Shown: positions 18,874 to 28,496 of the stretch, piece after piece | Numbering within the stretch: position 1 is the first letter of the stretch | Layout: every line of letters starts with the position of its first letter | DNA from: a virus | DNA length: 64,000 nt | Strand: one strand, 5' to 3' | IMG/VR virus record: IMGVR_UViG_3300042453_004886 | Location: 1-64,000 of that record | Position numbers and translations under genes: made by a program | Notes under the pieces: model-generated | Database searches by the model: none | What the model was told of the DNA's origin: nothing | What the model saw: only the letters and a program-made list of their open reading frames with translations

Positions 18874-21800
18874 CAATTGAAAGTATCGTTAAAATCTCTA
18901 TCTGAACCCACCTGATAAGTGTCGGCGTGGTTCATCAACGCTTTATCCATTTTTTCAAATCCATGCGTAGACGATAAGAATACCCCATTTGGAGTTCTTG
19001 CAAAAAGCCTTTCTCCAAATTGGTTATGTTTTGATTGTTTCATGTGAGGCTCTGCATGTAGTTCGTGTGGATCTATTTTTTCTGGTGTAGACGCAGCAAC
19101 TTGCATAACGTAGCCTTTTGTTTTTTTTGTTTCAGATTTAGCAGACTCTCTTGCAGCTTTTTCAACGGCTGCAAGTTTTACAGCGTGCTGAACCTTTGAA
19201 GCAAGAGTTCCTTTTACCTCTCTTGCAGCAGTTCTAACTGTAGGTGCCGGGTTTGCTGAAACAGTATCCGTTGCTTGGCCCATGGGTTGGTTTGGATTAA
19301 CACCAAGTCCTTCCATATTGATTGGATTTGGTGGAGCGTCATTTATTGATTCTCTATTTGATCTAGGACGTATATAGCCTGAGTTTGGCCTTGCTTGCTG
19401 AATTACCTGTTCTCTTTCTGACCTTGTTGGATCTGACGTAACGATAGAAGCTTTTGTTTGTGTAAAAGCTCTTCCAAATCTGGATGGATCGATGACGCTA
19501 ACTAAGAAACTCCTTGGAGGCATTCCTACGCCAGATCTCGGATCATACGCAGAGCTGTAACTAAAAATTTTATTTATGTAGAGTCCCTGATCAGTCAAGT
19601 TCATAACAACTTGCGTCATTAAATCAGCTCTTCTCAGCATTTCAGCCTGAACACCTGCATTTTGAACCAAGTTAGGCGGCCTAAACATGTGACTTCTATA
19701 ATCACCACGCATCCATGTTGGGCCAAGTGCATCGGAGCCGTCTTTGTTTGAAGTTACCTGTTTTGCAGAAGGTAAGTAACCAAATATACTTGAGTGTAAA
19801 GTATACCTGTTATATGCATCTGAGTCTTGGAACGGTAAAAGATTTTGAACAGGCGCCATGTAAGCAACGCCGTAGTCTAATTCGTTACCTACCCAAAATA
19901 CAGATTTGTCAACGAAAGCTCCGTGACCTTCCTGATCAAGGGAAGGGGATCCTCCACGTAATCTATAACTCAGGTAAGGAAGGTTTGTTCCTGGATTTTT
20001 ATCTTCTCTATAGATAATATCAATGGCTTCTCTTATTGGGGATTCGTTTAGTGCCCAATTCTGGAGAACTTCCCACCCTTCTAACCTGTTTCTCATTTTT
20101 TTAGAAGTTAGGGTTTTGCTCATATTTTCAAACATGTCGTGGAATCTCATCTCGTTTTTAAACCAAGAATTGAGAATCCCACCCATGTAGTTGTCTTTAG
20201 CTATTTCCCTTCCTTCTCTGATCTTGTCAGTTCTTGAAGCTCTTTCCGCTGCTCTTTCAAACAGCAATCCCGTTCCAATTGCACCGGCTATACCTACTCC
20301 AAGTACACCAAGCCCAACAGCAGTTTCAGCGATCAAACCAACCGGTCCTCCGATTGGAGCAAGGAGTGCTATGCCTCTAAAAAAGTTTACAATTGTTCCA
20401 AAGTTTAAAATGATTTGTGAAGCTACTTCACCAAACATGCCGCCGATAAATCTTTGTCTTTCCTTGTAGAGTTCTGTGTAAATATAGTTTTTTTCTTGCA
20501 TGTTTAAATCTTCGTTTTCTAGCTGACTTTTCAAGTAAGACATTCTTCTTATAGGGTCTGCAACAAGACTGTTTACAAACCAAGCTTGAAATCCAAAAGT
20601 AAAAGTTCCTTTTACAAAAGCACCTACGTTTGGAGTAAGAAGTCTTGTAAGTCCAGTTTCTATGAATGCGTTTCTTCTAAATAAACTTAATCTTTTTTCT
20701 ATGTTTTCTTCAAAAGCATCTTTACCCATTTTTTCTTTGAGTATTTCAAGTATCTTCTTTTCCCTTGTTGATCCATCTTCCAAGATTGTGTTAGAAGACA
20801 TTGCTCGCATAAAATCTGCATCATCTAGCAAATCTGTTAAATCTTTAGGAGCTACTTGAGATACAACCTGGGAAATAACAGATCTCTCGAAGTCGAGTCT
20901 AAGTTTTTTTACCCATCCAGGTTTTTTAAGTTTATTAGATTCTGCGTTGTTTTTACCAACGCCTCCGGCCATTTCATACTCGGCTATCCGGAGGGCATCC
21001 CTGGTGTTTCTACCGGTAAATCCAAGTTTTTCTTTTAAGAATCTTCTGAATCTATCACTCTCTAAAGGACCTACTTCCTCAATTACTTTTTCATCTTCTA
21101 AAGCATTTATAAGATCACTCTGTAGATCTTTTACAGCATGACTTGAATCAAAAAGTACACCAGTTATTGTTCTTGCTTTACCTGCATTGTCCGCATGAAT
21201 TTCTTGCATGAGATCGATAGACTCTTCCATGAGTCTTTCTAATTTTGTTTTATCTCCAGCCGCGTCCTCAATCATGTGCTTCATCATGTTATCAAGTTCA
21301 GTTTTTGCTTTATTTATTGAACTTACACGTGCCTGTAATTCTGTAGCTTTGGCAGTTAGTGGACCATGAGCCATGTTATCTAGAGTATTTTCTAATTTGT
21401 GAAGCATATCTCTAGCTTGAACCATGTCAATAAATTTTATTCCTTTTGCTTCTGTAGATCGCTTTAGAACATCTTCAACAGCAGAAATTCTATTAAGAGT
21501 TGCATTTAAATCTTTAAGCTCACCACTTATAAAATCAGCTTCATCCCACATGAACAAACCAAAGTTTGTTGCGCCGGGTGGTTTCATTCCTCGCCCAGAA
21601 GCTGATTCTAGCGTGGTTGATGCCCCATTAGGAGGAGCAGCCCTGTATCTTTCACCTTTAACGTAAATTAGTTCTCTTTTACCGGAGCCGGTACTAAAAA
21701 CATATTTTGAACTTCCGCCTGCTCCTTGAGTGTGATTTATTTTTATAAGTCTTGAAACACTTGTTCTTAAAGAACGAGTCCTGAGCTGCTTAAGTCTTAA

Positions 21801-24800
21801 AGCTTCTTTTAGGCCTCCCCCGATTTTAATTTTTTCCATGAAAGCTACACCAGCACCAGCGATTGCTCCCCCTACAATGGATGCCTCACTGGTAAACATA
21901 CCAATTGTGCCCAAGGCTCCAAATAAGCCTGTTGTGACTAAAGCGGCGGCTACTTGCGGGCTTTGCCAGAAATTATAAGAAGAGCTCAAAGGATTGTAGT
22001 ATTTTCTGTTGAAGTAATCTTGAGCAACCTTTTGATCGTAAACACCTTGGTTGTATTGTATTTCTTCATCTCCGGAAGCTAGTTCTTCCATCGTATTTTT
22101 ACTATCTTCAGAAAACACATCCGATACATAGTAGTTCATAACTTTTGATAAGTTATCTTCTTCTCTTGTATTAGAGTCTCTAAATATTCTTATAGAATGT
22201 CTTGATGCAAAAGTTTGCATGTGCTGGTGACTGACAAGACCAGGTATAAAAACTAGATCCATGGGATCTACTCTTTTAACGTGGGAGAACATAGTAGATC
22301 TTCTTAAGAGCTCAAGTCTAACACTCCAAGTTGTGGCATCTGCCATGATGTCGTCCCTGTACATCTTGGAAGACCGTATAGGAGATACGCGCATGGACTG
22401 CCTTAGTCCAAACGTGTCGTACACCATGTGTTGCATATATTTGGATTCTTGAGCTCGTCTTTTTTCGTAACCAGTTCTAAAAATAGGCTGCTCTGCGTAG
22501 CCAGCGTTCAAAAACATCATCGGGCTTAACTGAACGAACCCACCGGCCCACGCGTAGGTATCTTTATCTATTTTCTTTTGAACGACCCCGTAAGGGCCCG
22601 CAGCCAAGTAAGGGTGAGTTTCCAAGCTATTATAGAAACTTCCATTGAACACACTTAAAATACCGGTGGCCCAAGTTGAAACTGTGTTTGTCAAGCTTGG
22701 AGTTGCAAAAGCTCCTTCTTTTAGTTTGTAATACTGTTTACCAGGATCAAACTTCAAATCATCCATTTTGAAGCCAGCTATTCCATAAAGCAGTTCACCT
22801 GCCATAGCTGAACCGACGATTTGAAGATTTCTAAAATTACCTTGATAGTCAAAAAGATGAGCGCCCATTCTAGCTATTGCAATCAGGGACCGAATCAAAT
22901 CAGGGCCAGTATCGTACGAAAAGTGATCTTCTACATATTTATGAAGAGTGCTTTGTTTTCTTGCATAAGCATCTGCCCGATTAAGCAAAGCTCCGCTAGC
23001 AGCCCATCTTGTTGCAGCGTTTGCTAGCCTAAAAGCTAAGCTTGATTCTAATTCTTTTCTGTTATAGACACTGTTATTAGCATCAAGAGTAAGTCCAATA
23101 GTTCCAGCAAGCATCATAACAGAACCAACAAGAGCTGCAGTTCTTATAAATTTACTTGCAAATGTACTGTGATTATAGGAATCTGAAAAAACATTTCTAA
23201 AATTCAATACTGGATTAGTCAACCTTAAGTAAGCCTTGTATAGCCTTTTCTTTTCTCCGGCATCAAGATTACTTACTCCAAACTTATTTTCAAAGTCCAT
23301 TTGATTTTTTACACCACCGCTTACGCTTTCAAGGTGATGCTTTATTTCGTTACGTGTGTATTCAACACTGAATCCTGAAAATCTTGTTCCTTCTACGCCG
23401 CTTATAAGTAAATCACGAACCTTTGCTAACTTATCTACATCTTTAACTGTAAAAGTATCAGCTTTAAGGGCGTCTATAAATACGTTTTTAGCTTTGCTGT
23501 ATCCATACCCAACATTTGTTTTAGGTACAGTAAAACCATAATTAATTAAAGTTGCGCCAGCGTTAACCATGGCAATTGCTGCATGAATTGGAAGCGTAAC
23601 AGGTATAGACATAATTTTATTAATTGCTTCCAAGTGGCTCATCGGTTTTGAAAACCGTATTCTTGCTCCACCTTGGCTTTTTGTATGGTTATAACTAACC
23701 ATGTAAGCATGGCTAGATTTAGATACAACATTCTTTAAAGCGTCTGATACAGCAGTTCTAAAAGGTGCCGAGGCGTACGCTTTTGCTCTCGCTTTTTCAG
23801 CGACGCTGTGATCAAGCAAGTGAGCCGTTAAAGACAGTGCGCTGTTAAAGCTTAAATGGAATGCGTGTAAAAGCGTTACAGCACCTAATGCATTTGCAAA
23901 GTTTGTTCCAGGTTTGTACGTAAACACCCAAGGGGACTTTGAGTATCCTAGTTGCTTAGCTTCTTTGTCATCCAAAGCTTTATACATTTGAAAAGGAAGT
24001 GTAGACGACACACCCATTGCCAAGAATACTGGACCTTGCAAGCTGAAACCAAATTCTTGAACTTCTTTAGGTGCAAAGTTGTAACCAAAACCTCCACGGT
24101 CGCCTGCACCGGAGTGTTGCGACATACCCCAAGTGAGCGTTCCAACAATAGGCGTCGCCGTGATCTGAACAGCCCAACTTTTCCAGAGGTCAGCTTTAAA
24201 CGTGTCTTTTTCGTAAAGACTCTGTCCCCCAGAAGAAGCCATCAAATAGTAGTTTGCAAGTTTTTGATTTCCCATCATTGCAGCTGTTTGAGCTAGCTCA
24301 AGCTCTTTACCCTGATACATGATAGCAGTTGAAAGAATGTTTTTTGGCTTGGTTTGTTTAGTAAGAGATTCTACAGCGCTTCTCCAAAGCTCTTTCATGG
24401 GGTTTACAGTTAGAGCTCTTATTAAATTGTATGCTGCGTCAATGTACCTATTTCCGGTCAAGTAAACATTTGAGTTTGTAGTTCTTGCTAGCTGAACAGG
24501 ATGCATTCCAACTCTTTCAGCAGCATTTCTTAATATTTCGTTTCCCCTATCAATTGTTCTCGCGTCCACTCCTCCAAGATTTTGCCCTAAGTAGCCTGTT
24601 AATTGATCTACTGCAACTGCAGCAAACATAGTAACTGCAAAAGCTGTACCCCACGTTGAAGCTTTAAACCCAAAGAGGTGTGGATTTTTTCTTATTACTG
24701 CGTTATCAACTTTGTTAGTAACGTGAGACCACACGCTTTTTACACGTTTTAAAACAGTATCTCTTTTACTTTTTGTGTATAGGGCAGCGATTAAGTAGGT

Positions 24801-26873
24801 GCTTCCTCTGTATATTGCTTGCAACCCTTGGTTATAAAACCTAAAAGGGCTGAATAGAATATTTGATTCCGTTGTCTTGTTTGTAAGCACCATTGAACGC
24901 TTTGTGACGTACTCAGTACTCTTTGAGGGATCTTTGATGTCGACCACGACACGGTCTACAAGACGCTGTAAACTTCCCTCTGACCCTGACATCCCTGTGA
25001 GGGTATCAATAGCGCGTAGAATAGGGCTCATGTAGTATCCAAAGCTTTCAGCAGCCATGGATCTCATGATGTAAGAAAGTCCGCCAAGCTTTTCAGGTAG
25101 GGCTTTAGTCAGAGCATGCGAAGCTCCTTTAGCTATTTTATTATTTTCTGGAATTGATTTATTAATTACTTCAGATACAAAACCAAGAAGATTTTTAGTA
25201 TGTCCAAAAGCAAGTGAAAACCCACCCGTAACAAGCTGGAATCCCATCATGTTACCGATCATGTTGTTATTAAAGTCAATAAATGACCTTGTTATATCAG
25301 CAAACGTAGTACTGTGTTCTTTGACTGGTTTTAATCTGTAACCGTAGGTAAATCTTAATTCTTGTTCTTCTCGTGATAGATCAAAACCACTTACTTCATC
25401 ATTTAATCTTTGAACAAGATTAATAATTGAGGTAGATATAAATCCTCTACCCCCAAGCTGACCCCAAGATTCTCCCCAAGTTCTGCTGGTTACCCAGCTG
25501 TTTTGTATGTCAGAAAGAACTTTGTACTCACTTAAAAAGGTATCTTTATCTGTTCCTTTGATGTACGAATTTAAACCATCAAATATAGATTTTTCATTGT
25601 AAAGTCTTTGATAATCCGTGTAAGCCGAGGTAAGGATACCTTTTTCATTTTTAACATTGCCGTTAGATATATCTTCAAAAAAAGTTCTATTCCTTGCATC
25701 CAGTTGCGAAGGTATTAATACATCTTGACCTGACTCTTGCATATAAGAAGTGTGAACGTAGTTTATAAAACCAGTTTCAAACTGACCTTTTCTAAACTTT
25801 TCCACTCTTATAGCGTTTGTGCCTTCTTCAAAATCTTTTTTAAGTTCTTTCGTTACAATATCAGATTGAAATAACCAACCTGATTCAGTTCCTGCCATGT
25901 TGGTATAAGCACTTGTTGAACCTCTGATGCTTCCCTCAAAACCAATATTGCCTTTAAACATGTCGTTTTGGTGTTCTTGGTATTTTTTTTCAGGCTTACC
26001 GGTGCGCTTGTTAATGACTGTCTCAGTTGATTTTGGAGTATGTATATAAAGATAACCAGGGTAATCTGGGTTTGCAGCTCTATTTTGAACTCTTGAAATA
26101 AAGTCATTTTGAGCTTTTTCTTGACCTTCAGACCCCGCGTTCATACCACTTGGCTTGATGTGTACATCGCCACCAGAAGCCAGCTGTCTATAAATAAGTT
26201 TTTCTATTCTGTCTGAAGTGTAGGTTGCTGACTCCATGTAAAGAGGTTCTGGTTTTTTATTAGATTTGTCATTATTAAAAAAAGCGTATTCTAGCCTTTT
26301 CCTACCGGAGTCTTCAGTTGGTGAAAAGACAAGCAAGTCTCGCTGAGATCTTGGTGCTTTCCCGTGCCGGATATCTGTAAAAAATGCATCATTTTGCTTT
26401 GCAATATCTGCGTGGTCTTTTACAACAATATATTTATTTTTAACCCTATCGTTGACGTTGGTAGGCGTCATGTCCGAAGTAAAGATAGCATCAAGCCTTG
26501 AGTTGGTTCCTTTTAGCTTTGCTCGGGCTCCTTTAAAGTGAGCCATTTTGGCATAGGGTTCCGCAGGTAACTCTTGAACACCTTTAGCTATAGGATGTCC
26601 AGTTGTTTTATGGTTTGAACCATAAACAATCATCTTATTAGTAAGAGCAGTATCTAGTATCGACTCGTGGTATGTAACCTTAGATACGTAACCATGCTGA
26701 GCGGTAAATGTAGTTATTTCGCCTTGTTCTGTTTGTTCAGCGTATTGTTTAAAACTACTTTGAGTAAGATTTCCATGCAGGTATAAGTTTTTATCAATGT
26801 TCGTAATAGGAGCTCGAACATTGTATACGCCTAGAAGGCCTTGTTCATATCCTTTATCCTGGAAACTATCCAT
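18870..26873 (-). CDS. Giant tape-measure-like protein with N-terminal PLD-like domain
   Basis: 2667-aa ORF; several Gly/Ala-rich hydrophobic segments (e.g. GGPVGLIAETAVGLGVLGVGIAGAIG) and helical charged tracts; HxK and degenerate HxN motifs near the N-terminus. Confidence 0.6.
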   Translation of the reverse strand: MDSFQDKGYEQGLLGVYNVRAPITNIDKNLYLHGNLTQSSFKQYAEQTEQGEITTFTAQHGYVSKVTYHESILDTALTNKMIVYGSNHKTTGHPIAKGVQELPAEPYAKMAHFKGARAKLKGTNSRLDAIFTSDMTPTNVNDRVKNKYIVVKDHADIAKQNDAFFTDIRHGKAPRSQRDLLVFSPTEDSGRKRLEYAFFNNDKSNKKPEPLYMESATYTSDRIEKLIYRQLASGGDVHIKPSGMNAGSEGQEKAQNDFISRVQNRAANPDYPGYLYIHTPKSTETVINKRTGKPEKKYQEHQNDMFKGNIGFEGSIRGSTSAYTNMAGTESGWLFQSDIVTKELKKDFEEGTNAIRVEKFRKGQFETGFINYVHTSYMQESGQDVLIPSQLDARNRTFFEDISNGNVKNEKGILTSAYTDYQRLYNEKSIFDGLNSYIKGTDKDTFLSEYKVLSDIQNSWVTSRTWGESWGQLGGRGFISTSIINLVQRLNDEVSGFDLSREEQELRFTYGYRLKPVKEHSTTFADITRSFIDFNNNMIGNMMGFQLVTGGFSLAFGHTKNLLGFVSEVINKSIPENNKIAKGASHALTKALPEKLGGLSYIMRSMAAESFGYYMSPILRAIDTLTGMSGSEGSLQRLVDRVVVDIKDPSKSTEYVTKRSMVLTNKTTESNILFSPFRFYNQGLQAIYRGSTYLIAALYTKSKRDTVLKRVKSVWSHVTNKVDNAVIRKNPHLFGFKASTWGTAFAVTMFAAVAVDQLTGYLGQNLGGVDARTIDRGNEILRNAAERVGMHPVQLARTTNSNVYLTGNRYIDAAYNLIRALTVNPMKELWRSAVESLTKQTKPKNILSTAIMYQGKELELAQTAAMMGNQKLANYYLMASSGGQSLYEKDTFKADLWKSWAVQITATPIVGTLTWGMSQHSGAGDRGGFGYNFAPKEVQEFGFSLQGPVFLAMGVSSTLPFQMYKALDDKEAKQLGYSKSPWVFTYKPGTNFANALGAVTLLHAFHLSFNSALSLTAHLLDHSVAEKARAKAYASAPFRTAVSDALKNVVSKSSHAYMVSYNHTKSQGGARIRFSKPMSHLEAINKIMSIPVTLPIHAAIAMVNAGATLINYGFTVPKTNVGYGYSKAKNVFIDALKADTFTVKDVDKLAKVRDLLISGVEGTRFSGFSVEYTRNEIKHHLESVSGGVKNQMDFENKFGVSNLDAGEKKRLYKAYLRLTNPVLNFRNVFSDSYNHSTFASKFIRTAALVGSVMMLAGTIGLTLDANNSVYNRKELESSLAFRLANAATRWAASGALLNRADAYARKQSTLHKYVEDHFSYDTGPDLIRSLIAIARMGAHLFDYQGNFRNLQIVGSAMAGELLYGIAGFKMDDLKFDPGKQYYKLKEGAFATPSLTNTVSTWATGILSVFNGSFYNSLETHPYLAAGPYGVVQKKIDKDTYAWAGGFVQLSPMMFLNAGYAEQPIFRTGYEKRRAQESKYMQHMVYDTFGLRQSMRVSPIRSSKMYRDDIMADATTWSVRLELLRRSTMFSHVKRVDPMDLVFIPGLVSHQHMQTFASRHSIRIFRDSNTREEDNLSKVMNYYVSDVFSEDSKNTMEELASGDEEIQYNQGVYDQKVAQDYFNRKYYNPLSSSYNFWQSPQVAAALVTTGLFGALGTIGMFTSEASIVGGAIAGAGVAFMEKIKIGGGLKEALRLKQLRTRSLRTSVSRLIKINHTQGAGGSSKYVFSTGSGKRELIYVKGERYRAAPPNGASTTLESASGRGMKPPGATNFGLFMWDEADFISGELKDLNATLNRISAVEDVLKRSTEAKGIKFIDMVQARDMLHKLENTLDNMAHGPLTAKATELQARVSSINKAKTELDNMMKHMIEDAAGDKTKLERLMEESIDLMQEIHADNAGKARTITGVLFDSSHAVKDLQSDLINALEDEKVIEEVGPLESDRFRRFLKEKLGFTGRNTRDALRIAEYEMAGGVGKNNAESNKLKKPGWVKKLRLDFERSVISQVVSQVAPKDLTDLLDDADFMRAMSSNTILEDGSTREKKILEILKEKMGKDAFEENIEKRLSLFRRNAFIETGLTRLLTPNVGAFVKGTFTFGFQAWFVNSLVADPIRRMSYLKSQLENEDLNMQEKNYIYTELYKERQRFIGGMFGEVASQIILNFGTIVNFFRGIALLAPIGGPVGLIAETAVGLGVLGVGIAGAIGTGLLFERAAERASRTDKIREGREIAKDNYMGGILNSWFKNEMRFHDMFENMSKTLTSKKMRNRLEGWEVLQNWALNESPIREAIDIIYREDKNPGTNLPYLSYRLRGGSPSLDQEGHGAFVDKSVFWVGNELDYGVAYMAPVQNLLPFQDSDAYNRYTLHSSIFGYLPSAKQVTSNKDGSDALGPTWMRGDYRSHMFRPPNLVQNAGVQAEMLRRADLMTQVVMNLTDQGLYINKIFSYSSAYDPRSGVGMPPRSFLVSVIDPSRFGRAFTQTKASIVTSDPTRSEREQVIQQARPNSGYIRPRSNRESINDAPPNPINMEGLGVNPNQPMGQATDTVSANPAPTVRTAAREVKGTLASKVQHAVKLAAVEKAARESAKSETKKTKGYVMQVAASTPEKIDPHELHAEPHMKQSKHNQFGERLFARTPNGVFLSSTHGFEKMDKALMNHADTYQVGSDRDFNDTFNC

Positions 26874-26942
26874 TAAGTAAATCTCTCAGTAATTATTTAA
26901 TACAATTCTAGCAAAATATATTATAATACGCACAAAAATAGG

Positions 26943-26964
26943 GAGATGAGTTTCCCCACCTCCC
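26943..26964 (-). terminator. Intrinsic terminator of the methyltransferase gene (repeat copy 1)
   Basis: Minus strand GGGAGGTGGG-GAAA-CTCATCTC followed by a T-rich tract. Confidence 0.8.
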
Positions 26965-26991
26965 TCAAATCTACTTAAATAAAAATATGAG

Positions 26992-27576
26992 TTAGGAAAG
27001 ATTTCCCCACTGGCTGGCCATTGCGTCAGCAATTCCTTGGTAAGTCTTGCTTCTGATTTTCCACCTATCAGCAGAAGGTGTTAGTTTATTCTGTCCGCTT
27101 GCAGTAGTGTTATCCCAAGTATTTCCTATTTTCTCAACAAGATCTGTAGGAATTAGTAGGGGCAAATTCTTGAGCCAAAGACAAGTCTTTTTGCTTTCTC
27201 GGTGACCAAACATCCATGGTTGAATGATTTGATCCGGCTTTCTGATGTGACTGCTGATGATGCTCACCGGGTTTTCAAGCGCGATTCGTTCAATCGGTGC
27301 ATCAAGTAATAAACGAACAAATTCAAGAGCTTCTTGCTGCACCCCACTGGCTCGCTTTTCAGCGAAGTGACGAGCGCCAGATACGGCCAAGTGAGTGCAG
27401 GGAGGATGAGCGATCATCAAATCCCATCCGTCATTAATGATGTCTAATACATTTCCTTTGTAGTGCGGCCCTGGTAGATCTGTATCAAGAAGGTCACACG
27501 ATAAAGCATCGTGGCCAAGTTTTATAAAAGCGTCTCTAACAGTACCGCTATATTCGCAAGCAACAAGAACTTTCAT
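26992..27576 (-). CDS. Short phage-type C5 DNA cytosine methyltransferase
   Basis: VLVACEYSG (motif I variant), HPPC (catalytic motif IV), ENPV (motif VI), KKTCLW and RSKTYQGIADAMA. Confidence 0.85.
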   Translation of the reverse strand: MKVLVACEYSGTVRDAFIKLGHDALSCDLLDTDLPGPHYKGNVLDIINDGWDLMIAHPPCTHLAVSGARHFAEKRASGVQQEALEFVRLLLDAPIERIALENPVSIISSHIRKPDQIIQPWMFGHRESKKTCLWLKNLPLLIPTDLVEKIGNTWDNTTASGQNKLTPSADRWKIRSKTYQGIADAMASQWGNLS

Positions 27577-27608
27577 TGTTATTCCAAAAAAGTTGGTTAT
27601 TTATAATT

Positions 27609-27617
27609 ATTGTATCA
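27609..27617 (-). promoter_or_regulatory. Extended -10 promoter candidate for the methyltransferase
   Basis: TGaTACAAT on the minus strand about 33 nt upstream of the ATG, in an AT-rich gap. Confidence 0.4.
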
Positions 27618-27650
27618 AAATATTTCATACTTTATAAAAAATAAAATAGA

Positions 27651-27672
27651 GAGGTGAGTTTCCCCACCTCCC
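27651..27672 (-). terminator. Intrinsic terminator (repeat copy 2; 21/22 identical to 26943-26964)
   Basis: Minus strand GAGGTGGG-GAAA-CTCACCTC followed by TCTATTTTATTTTTT. Confidence 0.8.
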
Positions 27673-27737
27673 CACTAACACTTGGGGGACTAGCCCAAGC
27701 CGCTGGCAACCTCCAGCTTAGATAGGATCACCCCCTC

Positions 27738-27779
27738 TACCAAACCAACCCAACCTTGAAATAACGAGTTGAAACCATG
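27738..27779 (-). CDS. Putative 13-aa peptide MVSTRYFKVGLVW
   Basis: AAAGGAGG RBS 9 nt before ATG; TAG stop; inside a 340-bp otherwise non-coding gap. Confidence 0.45.
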
Positions 27780-27918
27780 ACAGGTATCCTCCTTTCAAAG
27801 TAAGTTTTGTTTAGAGAGGCCCAGACACTAGGCAACCGCTCTATGCGTAGTGTATCATCAAAGGTGCCTGTTAAAGTTCAAATCTAGGGCCTAACAAAAA
27901 ATATATTTTGGGGGTCAA

Positions 27919-28170
27919 ATGTTGCCTTCTTTTAGCGGATTCATTCCAGTTAAAGACTTAAACACCGTATTTTCTGACTCAAAGGAATGGATCACGATCT
28001 ACACCCAAGAAACAGCCTTGGAGCTAGAGAACGCACCCTTTATTCCGGTATCTTTTCAGATCATTCCCGAAGAACCCATTGAAACCAAGTTAACCGTTAA
28101 CCAGGATAATGGAATTGTAGAGAAAATACAGATCAAGAGAAAATCAATCTCTTTGATAAGACCTTCTTAG
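27919..28170 (+). CDS. Hypothetical protein
   Basis: 83-aa ORF at the start of the plus-strand block. Confidence 0.55.
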   Translation: MLPSFSGFIPVKDLNTVFSDSKEWITIYTQETALELENAPFIPVSFQIIPEEPIETKLTVNQDNGIVEKIQIKRKSISLIRPS

Positions 28171-28171
28171 A

Positions 28172-28468
28172 ATGCTTAAACCTGGTTTTGAATTTGCAAA
28201 AGCTTACATTGAAAAAATATGTCCCAGTGAAGAAGATCAAATTTATATAGATGTTCTTTCCATAGAAGATGAAGATCTCTATGTAGAAAATGTTATATTA
28301 GATTTCTACACAAATGAAGAAGATATAGAAGAGTCCATATTAAGATTACTTTTAAGAAGTCCCTACTACGTAGAATGGTATACCGATTCCGATGGTAACG
28401 ATTTTCGTATCGTTATCATCGATCATCGTCAAATAGGTTCTTTAGTCAAATCTCTTCGTTGGTTGTAA
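28172..28468 (+). CDS. Acidic hypothetical protein
   Basis: 98-aa ORF adjacent to the previous gene. Confidence 0.65.
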   Translation: MLKPGFEFAKAYIEKICPSEEDQIYIDVLSIEDEDLYVENVILDFYTNEEDIEESILRLLLRSPYYVEWYTDSDGNDFRIVIIDHRQIGSLVKSLRWL

Positions 28469-28496
28469 AGCTCAACTTTATAGAAAGGTTACTCAA

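Larger units (their letters stand above)
27651..27900 (-). ncRNA. Candidate structured small RNA carrying the sORF, an extended SD-like sequence and hairpins
   Basis: GC-rich island in an AT-rich context; hairpins CTGG/CCAG and CTTGGG/CCCAAG plus its own terminator. Confidence 0.4.

Noticed and set aside
26880-27000. Tail-assembly-chaperone frameshift upstream of the tape-measure-like gene
   Set aside because: No chaperone ORF or slippery-site pair precedes it; the upstream gene is the methyltransferase, which also keeps the tape-measure call tentative
27720-27740. 16S rRNA gene fragment
   Set aside because: Only a 12-nt match to the 16S tail with no flanking rRNA sequence; treated as a regulatory element instead
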